Source of the DNA: an uncultured Bacteroidales bacterium
GTDB taxonomy: Bacteria > Bacteroidota > Bacteroidia > Bacteroidales > TTA-H9
Length of the DNA stretch: 64,000 bases
Assembly: GCA_964550695.1 (NCBI GenBank)
Contig: CAZKCK010000001.1
Coordinates: 7,427-71,426 of the forward strand
Direction: 5' to 3'
The notes below the pieces were generated by a model. That model saw only the letters and a list, made by a program, of their open reading frames with translations, searched no databases and was not told where the DNA came from. This document shows, one piece after another, positions 1 to 10,906 of this stretch (its first letter is position 1; each line of letters begins with the position of its first letter). The position numbers and the translations under genes are program-made.

Positions 1-2177
1 TCACTTTTCTCGTTACCCGAATCTTTATCTAATGACTGCTTTAAATCCTCCAGCGCTTTATCTGCAGAATTCGTCGCCTTTTCATCAATGTTCTTTTTGC
101 TTAAATCATCAAAGTTTTGTTTCACATCATTCACAAGACTTTTCGCCTTATCAAATTGATTTTTAGTTTTTTCATCAGAATTACGTACTTCCGGGTCAGT
201 TAATACCGCATTATTTTCCTGCTTTGCTCTATCAAGACTATCAATCATAGACTGCAGCTTTAGAGCCTGGTCAAGCTGCTTTAGAAGATTCTGCTGTTGT
301 TCAAGCGCCATTTTTGCAAGATCCATCACCTTTTTCGCTTCATCTGCCTTCTTCTCTTTAAAGAAACCTTCCTTTTCAAGCTGCTCCATTTTCTTTCTTA
401 TCTCGTCAAGCAATTTATTCAAATTCTCTTCCTTACGATTAAGTAACTCTTTATCAACCGAATCCAGCTTTTGCAATTGCTCGAATTGATTCGCAATATC
501 GTTAAGCTTCTTATTGTTTTGTTCAAGACTATTTATAAAATCCATTTGCAGTTTATTCTCCTTGCTAAGCTGCTCTATTGTACGATAATCTGAATTCAGT
601 GAATCCTTTAATCCGGCAGATTTATCAGCTTTTTGCATTGCGTTTAAAGTCTTGCTCTGATTACTGGTCTTTGTAAGGTCATCTGCAAGATCTGACATAT
701 CCAATCCCAGATTTTTAGATACAGGCTTACTCAACATAAAAACCTGACTTAAAACGCTATCCTTCCGGAATGGATTTGAATCAAACACCAAAAATGCTGT
801 ATATATGGTATCTGTACCCTTTAGAAAATACCTGCCAAAATCACGTTGCAGTTTAAATTCCGCAGATTTCATTCCATTAATAACGACAAACTTACTAACC
901 TTATCTATAATGTTCATTCTTTTATTAAAGATCAATAAATCAACCTTATTTAATGCCTGGTCATCATACACATTAACATTGAATGTTCGAGAATAAAACA
1001 AACTATCAGTACTTAAAGTCTGTGCATATATGCCCGGTCTTTCATCAACAATTGCCTTACTTGTAACTAACAAAGTATCAGCAACGTTGCTTTCACTACC
1101 ATACAATAAAAATTTAATCTCCAGGTCATTGCCTGTAAAAACATTTATGGTAAATCCGGAAGATTTATTGCTGATAATATTGTACTGCACACCGGCAGTC
1201 TCTGGAACCAAAAAATTAACAGAGTCACAAAATTGGGTACTTAATGTAAATGTAAATTTGGTAAATGCGGGTACAACATAACTATACTTATTTATGAATA
1301 AATCAGATTTTAATCCCAAATAAGCAGGGTAGTCGAGATTGGCTCTGAATTCAGTAACAACAGGCTTTTTGATAACTTTAAGAAAAAATCCGGTACCTTC
1401 CGGATCATAATTAGTCCTAACATTAAAATTAATATTCCTATCAACTTTTTGAAAAACATATTTGAATACATTACCTTTTACACGGGTAGCATGAAATGAA
1501 TTATTCCCATAGGTAACAAAAAGATCGCCTGCAAAAAAATCTCCCTTTGCCGTAATGGTAATTTCAAAGTCAGCGAATTGATTTGCAATAAGTTGTTGTG
1601 GATTAAGTTCATAAACACAAACCGGAGGCTTTACGAATGGCGTTTCATAATGAATAACCCGATTCAACGAATTATTAAACCGATAACTGTCAATAATATA
1701 AATGAAAAAATAAAAAGAAATAAAAACCATGAGAAAAACAAGCGGAAGTCGTAATCTTTTAAAATTAATATACCCCGAAAAATCAGCCTTTTCGATGATA
1801 TGCTGCTTCTGGTCAGCAGCGGCAGTAGCCAGAAAACCAGTACCAAGGAACCGAAGTTCAAGATAATTCAGATAAATATCCTTCAAAGAGCTTTCTTCCT
1901 TTAAATTGTCACCAAATTTTCTGAGTCGGTTCAGATTAATTTTTTGACTGATTTTAATCAACAGATACGCATAGTAAATAACTAGTAACGCATTGAATAT
2001 TAAGAATACAAAGAAAATACCTGTTTTTATAAAAGGTTTAAAATAATAGCGGTCCTCCAGGAAAAGAATTAGTAATACAAATATCAAATCAGATATTACT
2101 AAATACAAAAATCTTTTGCCAAAGATTAGCCAAAGATTTTTGTTATAATACTTTAAAAGATGTTGCGAAATTTTCAT
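1..2177 (-). CDS. Hypothetical membrane-anchored coiled-coil protein, 3' end cut by window edge (possibly DUF4175-like)
   Basis: Absent from the ORF track because it has no stop codon in the window. Manual reverse-strand translation from the ATG (complement of 2175-2177) gives MKISQHLLKYYNKNLWLIFGKRFLYLVISDLIFVLLILFLEDRYYFKPFIKTGIFFVFLIFNALLVIYYAYLL... It has three hydrophobic segments followed by a beta-rich part. The same frame at the window edge reads ...KALEDLKQSLDKDSGNEKS (K/E/Q/L-rich). I translated only the first ~290 codons and the last ~20, so the middle is inferred open; only short, poor ORFs compete there. Confidence 0.7.
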   Translation of the reverse strand, partial: MKISQHLLKYYNKNLWLIFGKRFLYLVISDLIFVLLILFLEDRYYFKPFIKTGIFFVFLIFNALLVIYYAYLLIKISQKINLNRLRKFGDNLKEESSLKDIYLNYLELRFLGTGFLATAAADQKQHIIEKADFSGYINFKRLRLPLVFLMVFISFYFFIYIIDSYRFNNSLNRVIHYETPFVKPPVCVYELNPQQLIANQFADFEITITAKGDFFAGDLFVTYGNNSFHATRVKGNVFKYVFQKVDRNINFNVRTNYDPEGTGFFLKVIKKPVVTEFRANLDYPAYLGLKSDLFINKYSYVVPAFTKFTFTLSTQFCDSVNFLVPETAGVQYNIISNKSSGFTINVFTGNDLEIKFLLYGSESNVADTLLVTSKAIVDERPGIYAQTLSTDSLFYSRTFNVNVYDDQALNKVDLLIFNKRMNIIDKVSKFVVINGMKSAEFKLQRDFGRYFLKGTDTIYTAFLVFDSNPFRKDSVLSQVFMLSKPVSKNLGLDMSDLADDLTKTSNQSKTLNAMQKADKSAGLKDSLNSDYRTIEQLSKENKLQMDFINSLEQNNKKLNDIANQFEQLQKLDSVDKELLNRKEENLNKLLDEIRKKMEQLEKEGFFKEKKADEAKKVMDLAKMALEQQQNLLKQLDQALKLQSMIDSLDRAKQENNAVLTDPEVRNSDEKTKNQFDKAKSLVNDVKQNFDDLSKKNIDEKATNSADKALEDLKQSLDKDSGNEKS

Positions 2178-2420
2178 AAAAAATGAGCTCAGTACACTAG
2201 AACCCGCAAAGATAGTTATTAGTGTGTTTGCTTTGAATCAAATTCATACAAAACCAAATTTCATACGATCGTGTGCTGAATCTGAACATATGTAAAAGAA
2301 GCTAAAAATCTCGGCTTAATATTTTTAAAACCAGGTAGTAAGGCAATAAAGCGTTATAGTATACAGAAAACCAGAAACAAAGCATTTCTCCAAAAATCTG
2401 GCAGAATCAGGAAAAAATGG

Positions 2421-2428
2421 TACTTTTG
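2421..2428 (+). promoter_or_regulatory. Bacteroidota -7 promoter box TACTTTTG
   Basis: Exact match to TAnnTTTG, 58 nt upstream of the 2486 start. Confidence 0.4.
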
Positions 2429-2485
2429 CGGTCATATTTTCAGGAGAGGGCTAAGCTCTTGTAAATAAAATCAATACTACGTTAA

Positions 2486-4276
2486 ATGCCGCTGGTTACT
2501 GCAAAGGATATAATAGGAATTATCAAGCCGTTGAAAAATCGGGGAGGAATGTGGATTGCCAAAAAAATTCTCCGATTACTCTCACTTGATAAAACCAACA
2601 CGCTGTATGACAACCTTGTAGCATCAAAAAAGTCAGGGACAGAAGCTCTATCATTCCTACTCACCGAAAATTCAATACAGTATGACGTCAATCCGAAAGG
2701 TTTGCAAAACATACCTTTAACCGGACCCTTTATAACCATTTCAAACCATCCTTTTGGTTCTCTTGATGGAATCATACTCGCTCACGCGGTAGGGCAGGTT
2801 CGTCCGGATTATAAGCTTGTTGTTAATTTTCTGCTTTACAAAATTGAACCTATCAACTCATTTTTTATTCCGGTCAATCCCTTTGAAGAGCATAAAGATA
2901 AATTTAACAGTACAGGTGGTATCCGTCAAACAATTGCGCATGTACGAAACGGGAATGGTCTGGGATTATTCCCTGCCGGAGAGGTTTCAAGTGTAGCTAT
3001 TAATTCATTTAAAATCAGTGATATCACCTGGCCTGACCAGATTGCCAAGCTGATACAAAATTTTAAAGTTCCCGTTATTCCTATATATTTTGAAGGTAAA
3101 AACTCCAGGCTTTTTTATTTTCTGGGTTTAATTCATCCCAGGTTTCGTACCATGCTTCTTGCTCACGAAATGTTTAACAAGACTGGAAAAAAAATCAACA
3201 TTCAGATAGGAAAGCCGATAACACCGGAAACGCAAGCCTTATTTCCGGAACTTCATGAGTATAAAAATTACCTCCGGTCAAAAGTATATACCCGTAAGCT
3301 CGCTCTGACTTCCGGAGAAAACCCTTTGCACCAGCCCATAAAGTCAGATAAGGTGATAGAAGCAATTTCTCTGCCTGTTTTGAACGAAGAGCTGAATAAG
3401 CTATCGAAGTACCTGCTTTTCAGATTGAAAGATTATACTGTTTATTGTGTGCCAACAATCCTGATTCCCAATATCATGCAGGAAATAGGGCGTCTGCGTG
3501 AAATTACCTATCGCGAAGTTGGTGAGGGTACCAATAAATCTGTAGATATTGATAAGTACGATATACACTATCATCAGATGTTTATCTGGAACGAATCAGA
3601 TAGCAGGATTGTTGGAGCATATCGTATTGGTTACGGGCGCGAACTTCTTAAAATCAATGGATTAAAAAGCTTTTACATTTACAGTCTTTTCCACATCAAC
3701 CGTCCGCTTGAACCCCTGCTGAATGATGCCATTGAACTAGGCCGTTCGTTTGTGGTAAAAGAATACCAACGGAGAGCCACACCTTTGTTTCTTTTATGGA
3801 AAGCCCTTTTTGTGATTCTGGTGAAGGATGATTACCGCTATTTGATTGGCCCTGTTAGCATAAGTGGTAAATTCAGCAATACTGCCAAGGCTTTGGTAAC
3901 CACCTTTCTACGTAGAAATTACTTTAACGAAGCCTACGCGCTTCATATAAAAAACAGAATTAATAAGACATTTATACTGCCTGAAGAAATTGATAAAGAG
4001 ACTTTTTTAAAGGTTACTCAGAAGGATTTTGCAAAATTGGATGCCTTTATTCAGGATTTTGATCCGGAATACACTACACCCATTTTGATCAGACAGTATA
4101 TCAGCTTATTAAAGACAGAAATAATTGGCTTCAATATAGATCCGGATTTCAATTATTGTCTTGATGCCTTGATGCTGATGGATATCAAAGCCACACCAAA
4201 AGCATTTATGGAATCACTATCAAAAGATTTAAAGGATTTATCAAAAGTTGAAAGCCTGCTTAGTGAATTAGAATAA
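2486..4276 (+). CDS. Bifunctional aminolipid synthase-like protein (N-terminal PlsC-type O-acyltransferase fused to C-terminal OlsB/GNAT-type N-acyltransferase; OlsF-like)
   Basis: The N-terminal half has the acyltransferase motif ISNHPFGSLDG and FPAGEVS. The C-terminal half has OlsB/hemolysin-like GNAT features (LREITYREVGEGT...DIDKYDIHYHQMFIWN...IVGAYRIGYG...IELGRSFV). At 596 aa, size and domain order match the described OlsF architecture. Confidence 0.6.
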   Translation: MPLVTAKDIIGIIKPLKNRGGMWIAKKILRLLSLDKTNTLYDNLVASKKSGTEALSFLLTENSIQYDVNPKGLQNIPLTGPFITISNHPFGSLDGIILAHAVGQVRPDYKLVVNFLLYKIEPINSFFIPVNPFEEHKDKFNSTGGIRQTIAHVRNGNGLGLFPAGEVSSVAINSFKISDITWPDQIAKLIQNFKVPVIPIYFEGKNSRLFYFLGLIHPRFRTMLLAHEMFNKTGKKINIQIGKPITPETQALFPELHEYKNYLRSKVYTRKLALTSGENPLHQPIKSDKVIEAISLPVLNEELNKLSKYLLFRLKDYTVYCVPTILIPNIMQEIGRLREITYREVGEGTNKSVDIDKYDIHYHQMFIWNESDSRIVGAYRIGYGRELLKINGLKSFYIYSLFHINRPLEPLLNDAIELGRSFVVKEYQRRATPLFLLWKALFVILVKDDYRYLIGPVSISGKFSNTAKALVTTFLRRNYFNEAYALHIKNRINKTFILPEEIDKETFLKVTQKDFAKLDAFIQDFDPEYTTPILIRQYISLLKTEIIGFNIDPDFNYCLDALMLMDIKATPKAFMESLSKDLKDLSKVESLLSELE

Positions 4277-4279
4277 TTA

Positions 4280-7200
4280 ATGAATATGTCTTTAGATAAA
4301 TACAAAGTTTACCAGCAATTAAATTTACCGGGATTAAGCGATGAGATTCAGAAATTCTGGGATGATCATCATATTTTTGAAGAAAGTCTGAATCAGAAGA
4401 AAAACCATCCTCCGTATATTTTTTATGAAGGACCGCCATCAGCCAATGGAATGCCCGGAATACACCATGTAATGGCCCGGGCAATTAAAGATATTTTTTG
4501 CAGGTATAAGAGCATGAAGGGTTATTATGTAGCCCGGAAGGCCGGTTGGGATACGCATGGTTTACCTGTTGAAATTGGTGTTGAAAAAAAGCTTGGGATT
4601 ACTAAAGAAGATATCGGAACTAAAATCACAATAGAAGAATACAATGCCGAATGCCGTAAAGAGGTGATGAAATACAAGGATCTTTGGGATGACCTCACCA
4701 TTAAAATGGGCTATTGGGTTGATCTGGATGATCCGTATATCACTTTTGAGAATAAATACATTGAAACAATATGGTATTTACTGTCAAAACTTTATGAACG
4801 CGGGCTCCTTTACAAAGGTTATACAATTCAGCCCTTTTCACCAGCCGCCGGAACCGGACTAAGTACCCACGAATTAAATCAGCCGGGTTGCTACCGTATG
4901 GTAAAGGACAATACCCTGGTTGCACAGTTTAAGGTTGTTAAAAACGAACAGTCTGACTTTCTGTTCAAAGAAGTTGCGAATGAACTCTTCTTTCTGGCCT
5001 GGACAACAACACCCTGGACGTTACCCTCCAATACAGGTCTGGCTGTTGGAAAAAACATTGTTTACGCACTTGTTCAGACTTATAATCCATATACCTATCA
5101 ACCAATTACAGTAATTCTTGCAAAAGAAACCTTGTCAAAATTCTTTGATCCGGCAAATGCTGGAATGGATCTTTCGGAATATGAACCCGGCAATAAGAAA
5201 ATCCCTTATCGTATTCTTTCAGAATATACAGGCTCACAACTTATTGAAATAAATTTTGAACAGCTTCTCCCCTATTCACAGCCAACTGATGGAAACCCCT
5301 TCAGAGTTGTGACCGGTGATTTTGTTACTACAGAAGAAGGTACTGGTATTGTGCACATTGCGCCAAGTTTTGGTGCTGATGACTTCAGGGTTGGAAAACA
5401 GTATAACCTTGGTGCCCTCACACTCGTTGACCGTCAGGGCAGATTTACTTCAGAGATGGGTGAATTCGCAGGTCGTTTTGTGAAACCTGAATACGATCCG
5501 GAATACGATGCGAAGAATCCTAAAAATGTGGATATTGATATCATTGTAAAGCTTAAAAAGGAAAACAGGGCTTTCCGTTCCGAAAAATATGAACACTCCT
5601 ACCCACATTGCTGGCGGACAGATAAGCCCATTCTTTACTATCCTCTCGACTCATGGTTCATAAAAACAACTGCTTTTAAGGATCAGTTGATTGAATTAAA
5701 CAAAACCATACAATGGAAACCGGAGTCAACCGGAACCGGAAGGTTTGGAAACTGGCTTGAGAACCTGGTTGACTGGAACCTTTCCCGGTCGCGTTTCTGG
5801 GGTACTCCCCTACCCATCTGGCGCACTGAAGATGGGTCAGAGGAAATTTGCATTGGCTCGGTTGAGCAACTGCAAAATGAGATAAACAAATCTGTTTCAG
5901 CAGGTTTTATGATGAATAATCCGCTTGAGGGTTTTAATCCCGGTGATTTTTCAGCCATCAATTACAATAAATTTGACCTGCACAGGCCTATTGTTGATGA
6001 GATAATCCTTCAATCAGCCTCCGGTAAAAAAATGCTCCGCGAACCTGATCTTATCGATGTTTGGTTTGACTCCGGAGCCATGCCTTATGCACAATTCCAT
6101 TATCCGTTCGAAAAATCTGATGAGTTGCAAGACTTCTTCCCGGCTGATTTCATTGCCGAGGGTGTTGACCAGACCCGCGGATGGTTCTATACACTGCATG
6201 CAATAGCAACGCTTGTTTTCGGATCTGTAGCATTCAAAACGGTTGTCGCCAATGGCCTGGTCCTCGACAAGGAAGGCAACAAAATGTCGAAACGCCTCGG
6301 AAATGCTGTTGATCCTTTTGAAACAATCAGCAAGTATGGTCCCGATGCAACACGCTGGTATATGATTACCAATTCCCAACCCTGGGATAACCTTAAGTTT
6401 GATATCAATGGTATAGCGGAAGTACAACGCAAATTTTTTGGTACCTTATACAATACTTACTCATTCTTTGCACTTTACGCCAACATTGATGGCTTCAGTT
6501 ATTCAGAACCAGATCTGCCGATTGAAAAGCGACCGGAAATTGACCGGTGGATCCTTTCGGAGTTGAATACCCTGATAAAGCAGGTTGATGAAAGCTATTC
6601 GGAATATGAACCTACGCGTGCAGGGCGATTGATTTCCTGGTTTGTTGATGAGTATTTAAGTAACTGGTATGTAAGACTTTGTCGCAGAAGGTTTTGGAAA
6701 GGTGAATATACTGATGACAAAATTTCGGCTTATCAAACCCTCTACAGATGCCTAGAAGTACTTGCGCAACTGGCATCACCCATTGCACCTTTCTTCAGTG
6801 AAAGGCTGTTTGCTGACCTCAATTCGGTAACCGGTCGTTTTGCTGTAAAATCGGTACACATGACTGATTTTCCGGTAACTTGTGAAGCGCACATTGATTT
6901 AGCGCTGGAAAAAAGGATGGAGCTGGCCCAGAAAATTACCTCAATGGTGCTGGCCCTGCGCAAAAAAATGAACATTCGGGTACGTCAACCCCTCAACAAA
7001 ATTATAATTCCGGCTGCAAGCCAATTGCTAATTGATCAGATTACGCAGGTTAGTTCGCTGATTGTTAGTGAACTGAATTTAAAAACGCTGGAATTTGTTT
7101 CTGAGGATAATAGCCTGTTGGTGAAAAAAATAAAGCCTGATTTTAAAAAACTCGGGCCCAAGTATGGCAAACTGATGAAAAGTATAGCTGCTTCAATAAT

Positions 7201-7654
7201 GCAACTTTCACAAAATGAAATACGTGAACTTGAAGTCACCAATAATTTGATGATTGTTGTTGAAGGAACAGAAATAAATGTTTCGGCCGATGATTGTGAA
7301 ATTTCAACCGACGATATCCCGGGTTGGGTTGTAAGTACGCAGGGTCAGCTCACCGTAGCCCTTGATGTAACGCTTACTCCGGAATTGCTTGAGGAAGGCT
7401 ATACGCGTGATCTGGTGAACAGAATACAGAACCTTCGGAAAGACAGCAACTTTGATGTTACTGACCGGATACAGGTATCAATATGCAGTCATCCGGTCCT
7501 TGATTCTTGCATTAAAAACAATTATTCATACATTTGCTCGGAAACTTTGGCGAATTCAATTCACATTCTGAATTCTGCTGAAATCGCCGAAGGGTATGAG
7601 GAAACTGAAATATCAGATGATATTATAACTCGTATCAGAATTGTAAAAAATTGA
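4280..7654 (+). CDS. ileS: Isoleucine--tRNA ligase (long, type-2-like form)
   Basis: It carries the HIGH-type motif PSANGMPGIHHVMAR, the KMSKS motif NKMSKRLGN and the editing-domain signature WTTTPWTLPSN. Length is 1124 aa. Confidence 0.95.
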   Translation: MNMSLDKYKVYQQLNLPGLSDEIQKFWDDHHIFEESLNQKKNHPPYIFYEGPPSANGMPGIHHVMARAIKDIFCRYKSMKGYYVARKAGWDTHGLPVEIGVEKKLGITKEDIGTKITIEEYNAECRKEVMKYKDLWDDLTIKMGYWVDLDDPYITFENKYIETIWYLLSKLYERGLLYKGYTIQPFSPAAGTGLSTHELNQPGCYRMVKDNTLVAQFKVVKNEQSDFLFKEVANELFFLAWTTTPWTLPSNTGLAVGKNIVYALVQTYNPYTYQPITVILAKETLSKFFDPANAGMDLSEYEPGNKKIPYRILSEYTGSQLIEINFEQLLPYSQPTDGNPFRVVTGDFVTTEEGTGIVHIAPSFGADDFRVGKQYNLGALTLVDRQGRFTSEMGEFAGRFVKPEYDPEYDAKNPKNVDIDIIVKLKKENRAFRSEKYEHSYPHCWRTDKPILYYPLDSWFIKTTAFKDQLIELNKTIQWKPESTGTGRFGNWLENLVDWNLSRSRFWGTPLPIWRTEDGSEEICIGSVEQLQNEINKSVSAGFMMNNPLEGFNPGDFSAINYNKFDLHRPIVDEIILQSASGKKMLREPDLIDVWFDSGAMPYAQFHYPFEKSDELQDFFPADFIAEGVDQTRGWFYTLHAIATLVFGSVAFKTVVANGLVLDKEGNKMSKRLGNAVDPFETISKYGPDATRWYMITNSQPWDNLKFDINGIAEVQRKFFGTLYNTYSFFALYANIDGFSYSEPDLPIEKRPEIDRWILSELNTLIKQVDESYSEYEPTRAGRLISWFVDEYLSNWYVRLCRRRFWKGEYTDDKISAYQTLYRCLEVLAQLASPIAPFFSERLFADLNSVTGRFAVKSVHMTDFPVTCEAHIDLALEKRMELAQKITSMVLALRKKMNIRVRQPLNKIIIPAASQLLIDQITQVSSLIVSELNLKTLEFVSEDNSLLVKKIKPDFKKLGPKYGKLMKSIAASIMQLSQNEIRELEVTNNLMIVVEGTEINVSADDCEISTDDIPGWVVSTQGQLTVALDVTLTPELLEEGYTRDLVNRIQNLRKDSNFDVTDRIQVSICSHPVLDSCIKNNYSYICSETLANSIHILNSAEIAEGYEETEISDDIITRIRIVKN

Positions 7655-7690
7655 TTATTAACATTGATTGATTAACTTAAAACCAGCACC

Positions 7691-8095
7691 ATGATAAACA
7701 AGGATGCCAGAAGCAAGACACGTTACTCTGATGAGGAACTTATTGAATTTAAACAAATTATACTTGAAAAGCTGGAAAAAGCAAAAAACGATCTTAAGCT
7801 TTTGACCGAAGCCTATACCAATACTGATGAACATGGCACCAACGATACTTCTCCAACCTTCAAAGTTTTGGAAGAAGGTTATCAGGTAATGTCGAAGGAG
7901 GAGAACGGTAAACTGGCTGCACGTCAGCACAAGTTTATTACTTCGCTCGAAAACGCACTCGTCCGGATCGAAAACAAGTCATACGGAATATGCCGTGAAA
8001 CCGGAAATCTTATTCCCAAGGAAAGGCTAAGAAGTGTTCCGCATGCTACTTTAAGCATCGATGCAAAATTAAGTCAGAAAAGACGTGAAGGATAA
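7691..8095 (+). CDS. DksA/TraR-family protein with degenerate zinc finger
   Basis: It has a coiled-coil N-terminus and the C-terminal segment YGICRETGNLIPKERLRSVPHATLSIDAK. The gene sits between ileS and lspA. Only one Cys remains in the finger. Confidence 0.75.
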   Translation: MINKDARSKTRYSDEELIEFKQIILEKLEKAKNDLKLLTEAYTNTDEHGTNDTSPTFKVLEEGYQVMSKEENGKLAARQHKFITSLENALVRIENKSYGICRETGNLIPKERLRSVPHATLSIDAKLSQKRREG

Positions 8096-8128
8096 AAACA
8101 GTTTAAAAACAAATAATCCCTTTCTTTT

Positions 8129-8773
8129 GTGAGGCCAAAACAAGCATCAATTCTGGCAATTTCAATAATAGCAACTATTATCATAATTGATCAGGTACTA
8201 AAGTTTTGGATCAAGACCAATATGTTCCTTGGGCAGGAAATACCTGTATTTGGCAATTGGTTTATTATCCATTTTACTGAAAATGAGGGTATGGCTTTTG
8301 GGTGGAGTTTTGGGGGCAATGCAGGAAAACTACTGCTTTCGATTTTCAGAATTGCTGCACTTTTCGCCATCGGCTATTACCTGATAAAAACCACCCGAAA
8401 TAAACCCGGCAAAGCCCAGATTATTGTTTTGGCTTTGATTTTTGCCGGAGCTCTTGGTAATATCATCGACAGTTGCTTCTACGGCCTTATTTTTAATGAG
8501 AGCAGTTATTACCAGACAGCCGTACTTTTACCTGAAAATGGAGGTTATGCCCCGTTTTTATATGGAAAAGTAGTGGACATGCTTTATTTTCCAATCATAA
8601 ATACCACATTGCCTGCCTGGTTTCCATTTGGCGGTGGTGAAGAATTCAGGTTTTTCAGACCTGTTTTTAACATTGCAGACTCCTCAATTTCAGTTGGAAT
8701 TTTGATCATTTTACTCTTTCAGAAAAGAGTCTTTGCTAAGAATGAACAAAAGACGGTAACTGAAGGTTCTTAA
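8129..8773 (+). CDS. lspA: Lipoprotein signal peptidase II
   Basis: GTG start. It is a multi-TM protein with the conserved LGNIIDS and FNIADSSISVG aspartate motifs, and it lies downstream of ileS. Confidence 0.9.
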   Translation: MRPKQASILAISIIATIIIIDQVLKFWIKTNMFLGQEIPVFGNWFIIHFTENEGMAFGWSFGGNAGKLLLSIFRIAALFAIGYYLIKTTRNKPGKAQIIVLALIFAGALGNIIDSCFYGLIFNESSYYQTAVLLPENGGYAPFLYGKVVDMLYFPIINTTLPAWFPFGGGEEFRFFRPVFNIADSSISVGILIILLFQKRVFAKNEQKTVTEGS

Positions 8774-8823
8774 ACTTGATAATATAACCACTAAACGATA
8801 CGTTCACTTTAGTACCAAAATAC

Positions 8824-8831
8824 TATTTTTG
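8824..8831 (+). promoter_or_regulatory. Bacteroidota -7 promoter box TATTTTTG
   Basis: TAnnTTTG match 27 nt upstream of the atpD ATG. Confidence 0.5.
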
Positions 8832-8849
8832 CTACCCGATTTAAATTAA

Positions 8850-10370
<1,521 letters not shown>

Positions 10371-10381
10371 TACCGGTAATT

Positions 10382-10621
10382 ATGAACGTTGAAATTATTA
10401 CGCCCGAAACCACTGTATTTTCAGGAACAGAAATTAACCTGGTCCAATTGCCTGGTTTAGACGGCTCTTTTGAAATTCTCAACAACCATGCTCCACTTAT
10501 TTCTGCGTTGAAACGAGGGAAGATTAAACTGATAAAGCAGGATAAATCAACTGAATTTTTTGAAATAAAAGGCGGAATGGTGGAAGTAACCAAAAATAAG
10601 GTTCTGATACTGGCTGAATAA
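10382..10621 (+). CDS. atpC: F1 ATP synthase epsilon subunit (short, beta-sandwich only)
   Basis: It lies immediately downstream of atpD. The N-terminal epsilon fold sequence is MNVEIITPE..VFSG.....LPG..G.F.IL..HAPLI. At 79 aa it lacks the C-terminal helical hairpin. Confidence 0.85.
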   Translation: MNVEIITPETTVFSGTEINLVQLPGLDGSFEILNNHAPLISALKRGKIKLIKQDKSTEFFEIKGGMVEVTKNKVLILAE

Positions 10622-10625
10622 ACGC

Positions 10626-10652
10626 AGGAGGGTTCATCCCTCCTTTTTTTTT
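10626..10652 (+). terminator. Rho-independent terminator after atpC
   Basis: The stem aggaggg/ccctcct encloses a 5-nt loop and is followed by a run of 9 T. Confidence 0.8.
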
Positions 10653-10906
10653 ACCTGATGTTTTCCGTTTAAACAGTTTGCCCCCTATGGCATTTTTAAC
10701 CCGTAAACCAAACCGCTTCACCTCCGTACGCTGCACATGCCAAATTCAACAATACTGGCAAAAGAAATCCGCCTTCACAATATTTTCTGATGGATATATG
10801 AGGTAATTAACCAAAAGTTATTAACTTTACTTTTCTTGAAAAATATGCCAATATTTGCTTGAATTGTTTTAAATCTGGAAATTATTTTATTCAAAATCAA
10901 TACTAT

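Noticed and set aside
10382-10621. The truncated ATP synthase epsilon (79 aa, no C-terminal helices), and atpD-atpC detached from the other atp genes.
   Set aside because: As far as I recall, this is the normal arrangement and length in Bacteroidota, so it is lineage-typical rather than novel.
10859-10906. N-terminal extensions proposed by the ORF track: TTG 10859 for the first kinase, 35528 for the deiminase, GTG 46929 for the S8 protease, and 55669 for the thioesterase.
   Set aside because: In each case an internal ATG gives a sensible N-terminus, either a receiver domain or a signal peptide. The extension is hydrophobic junk or overlaps the predicted promoter box.
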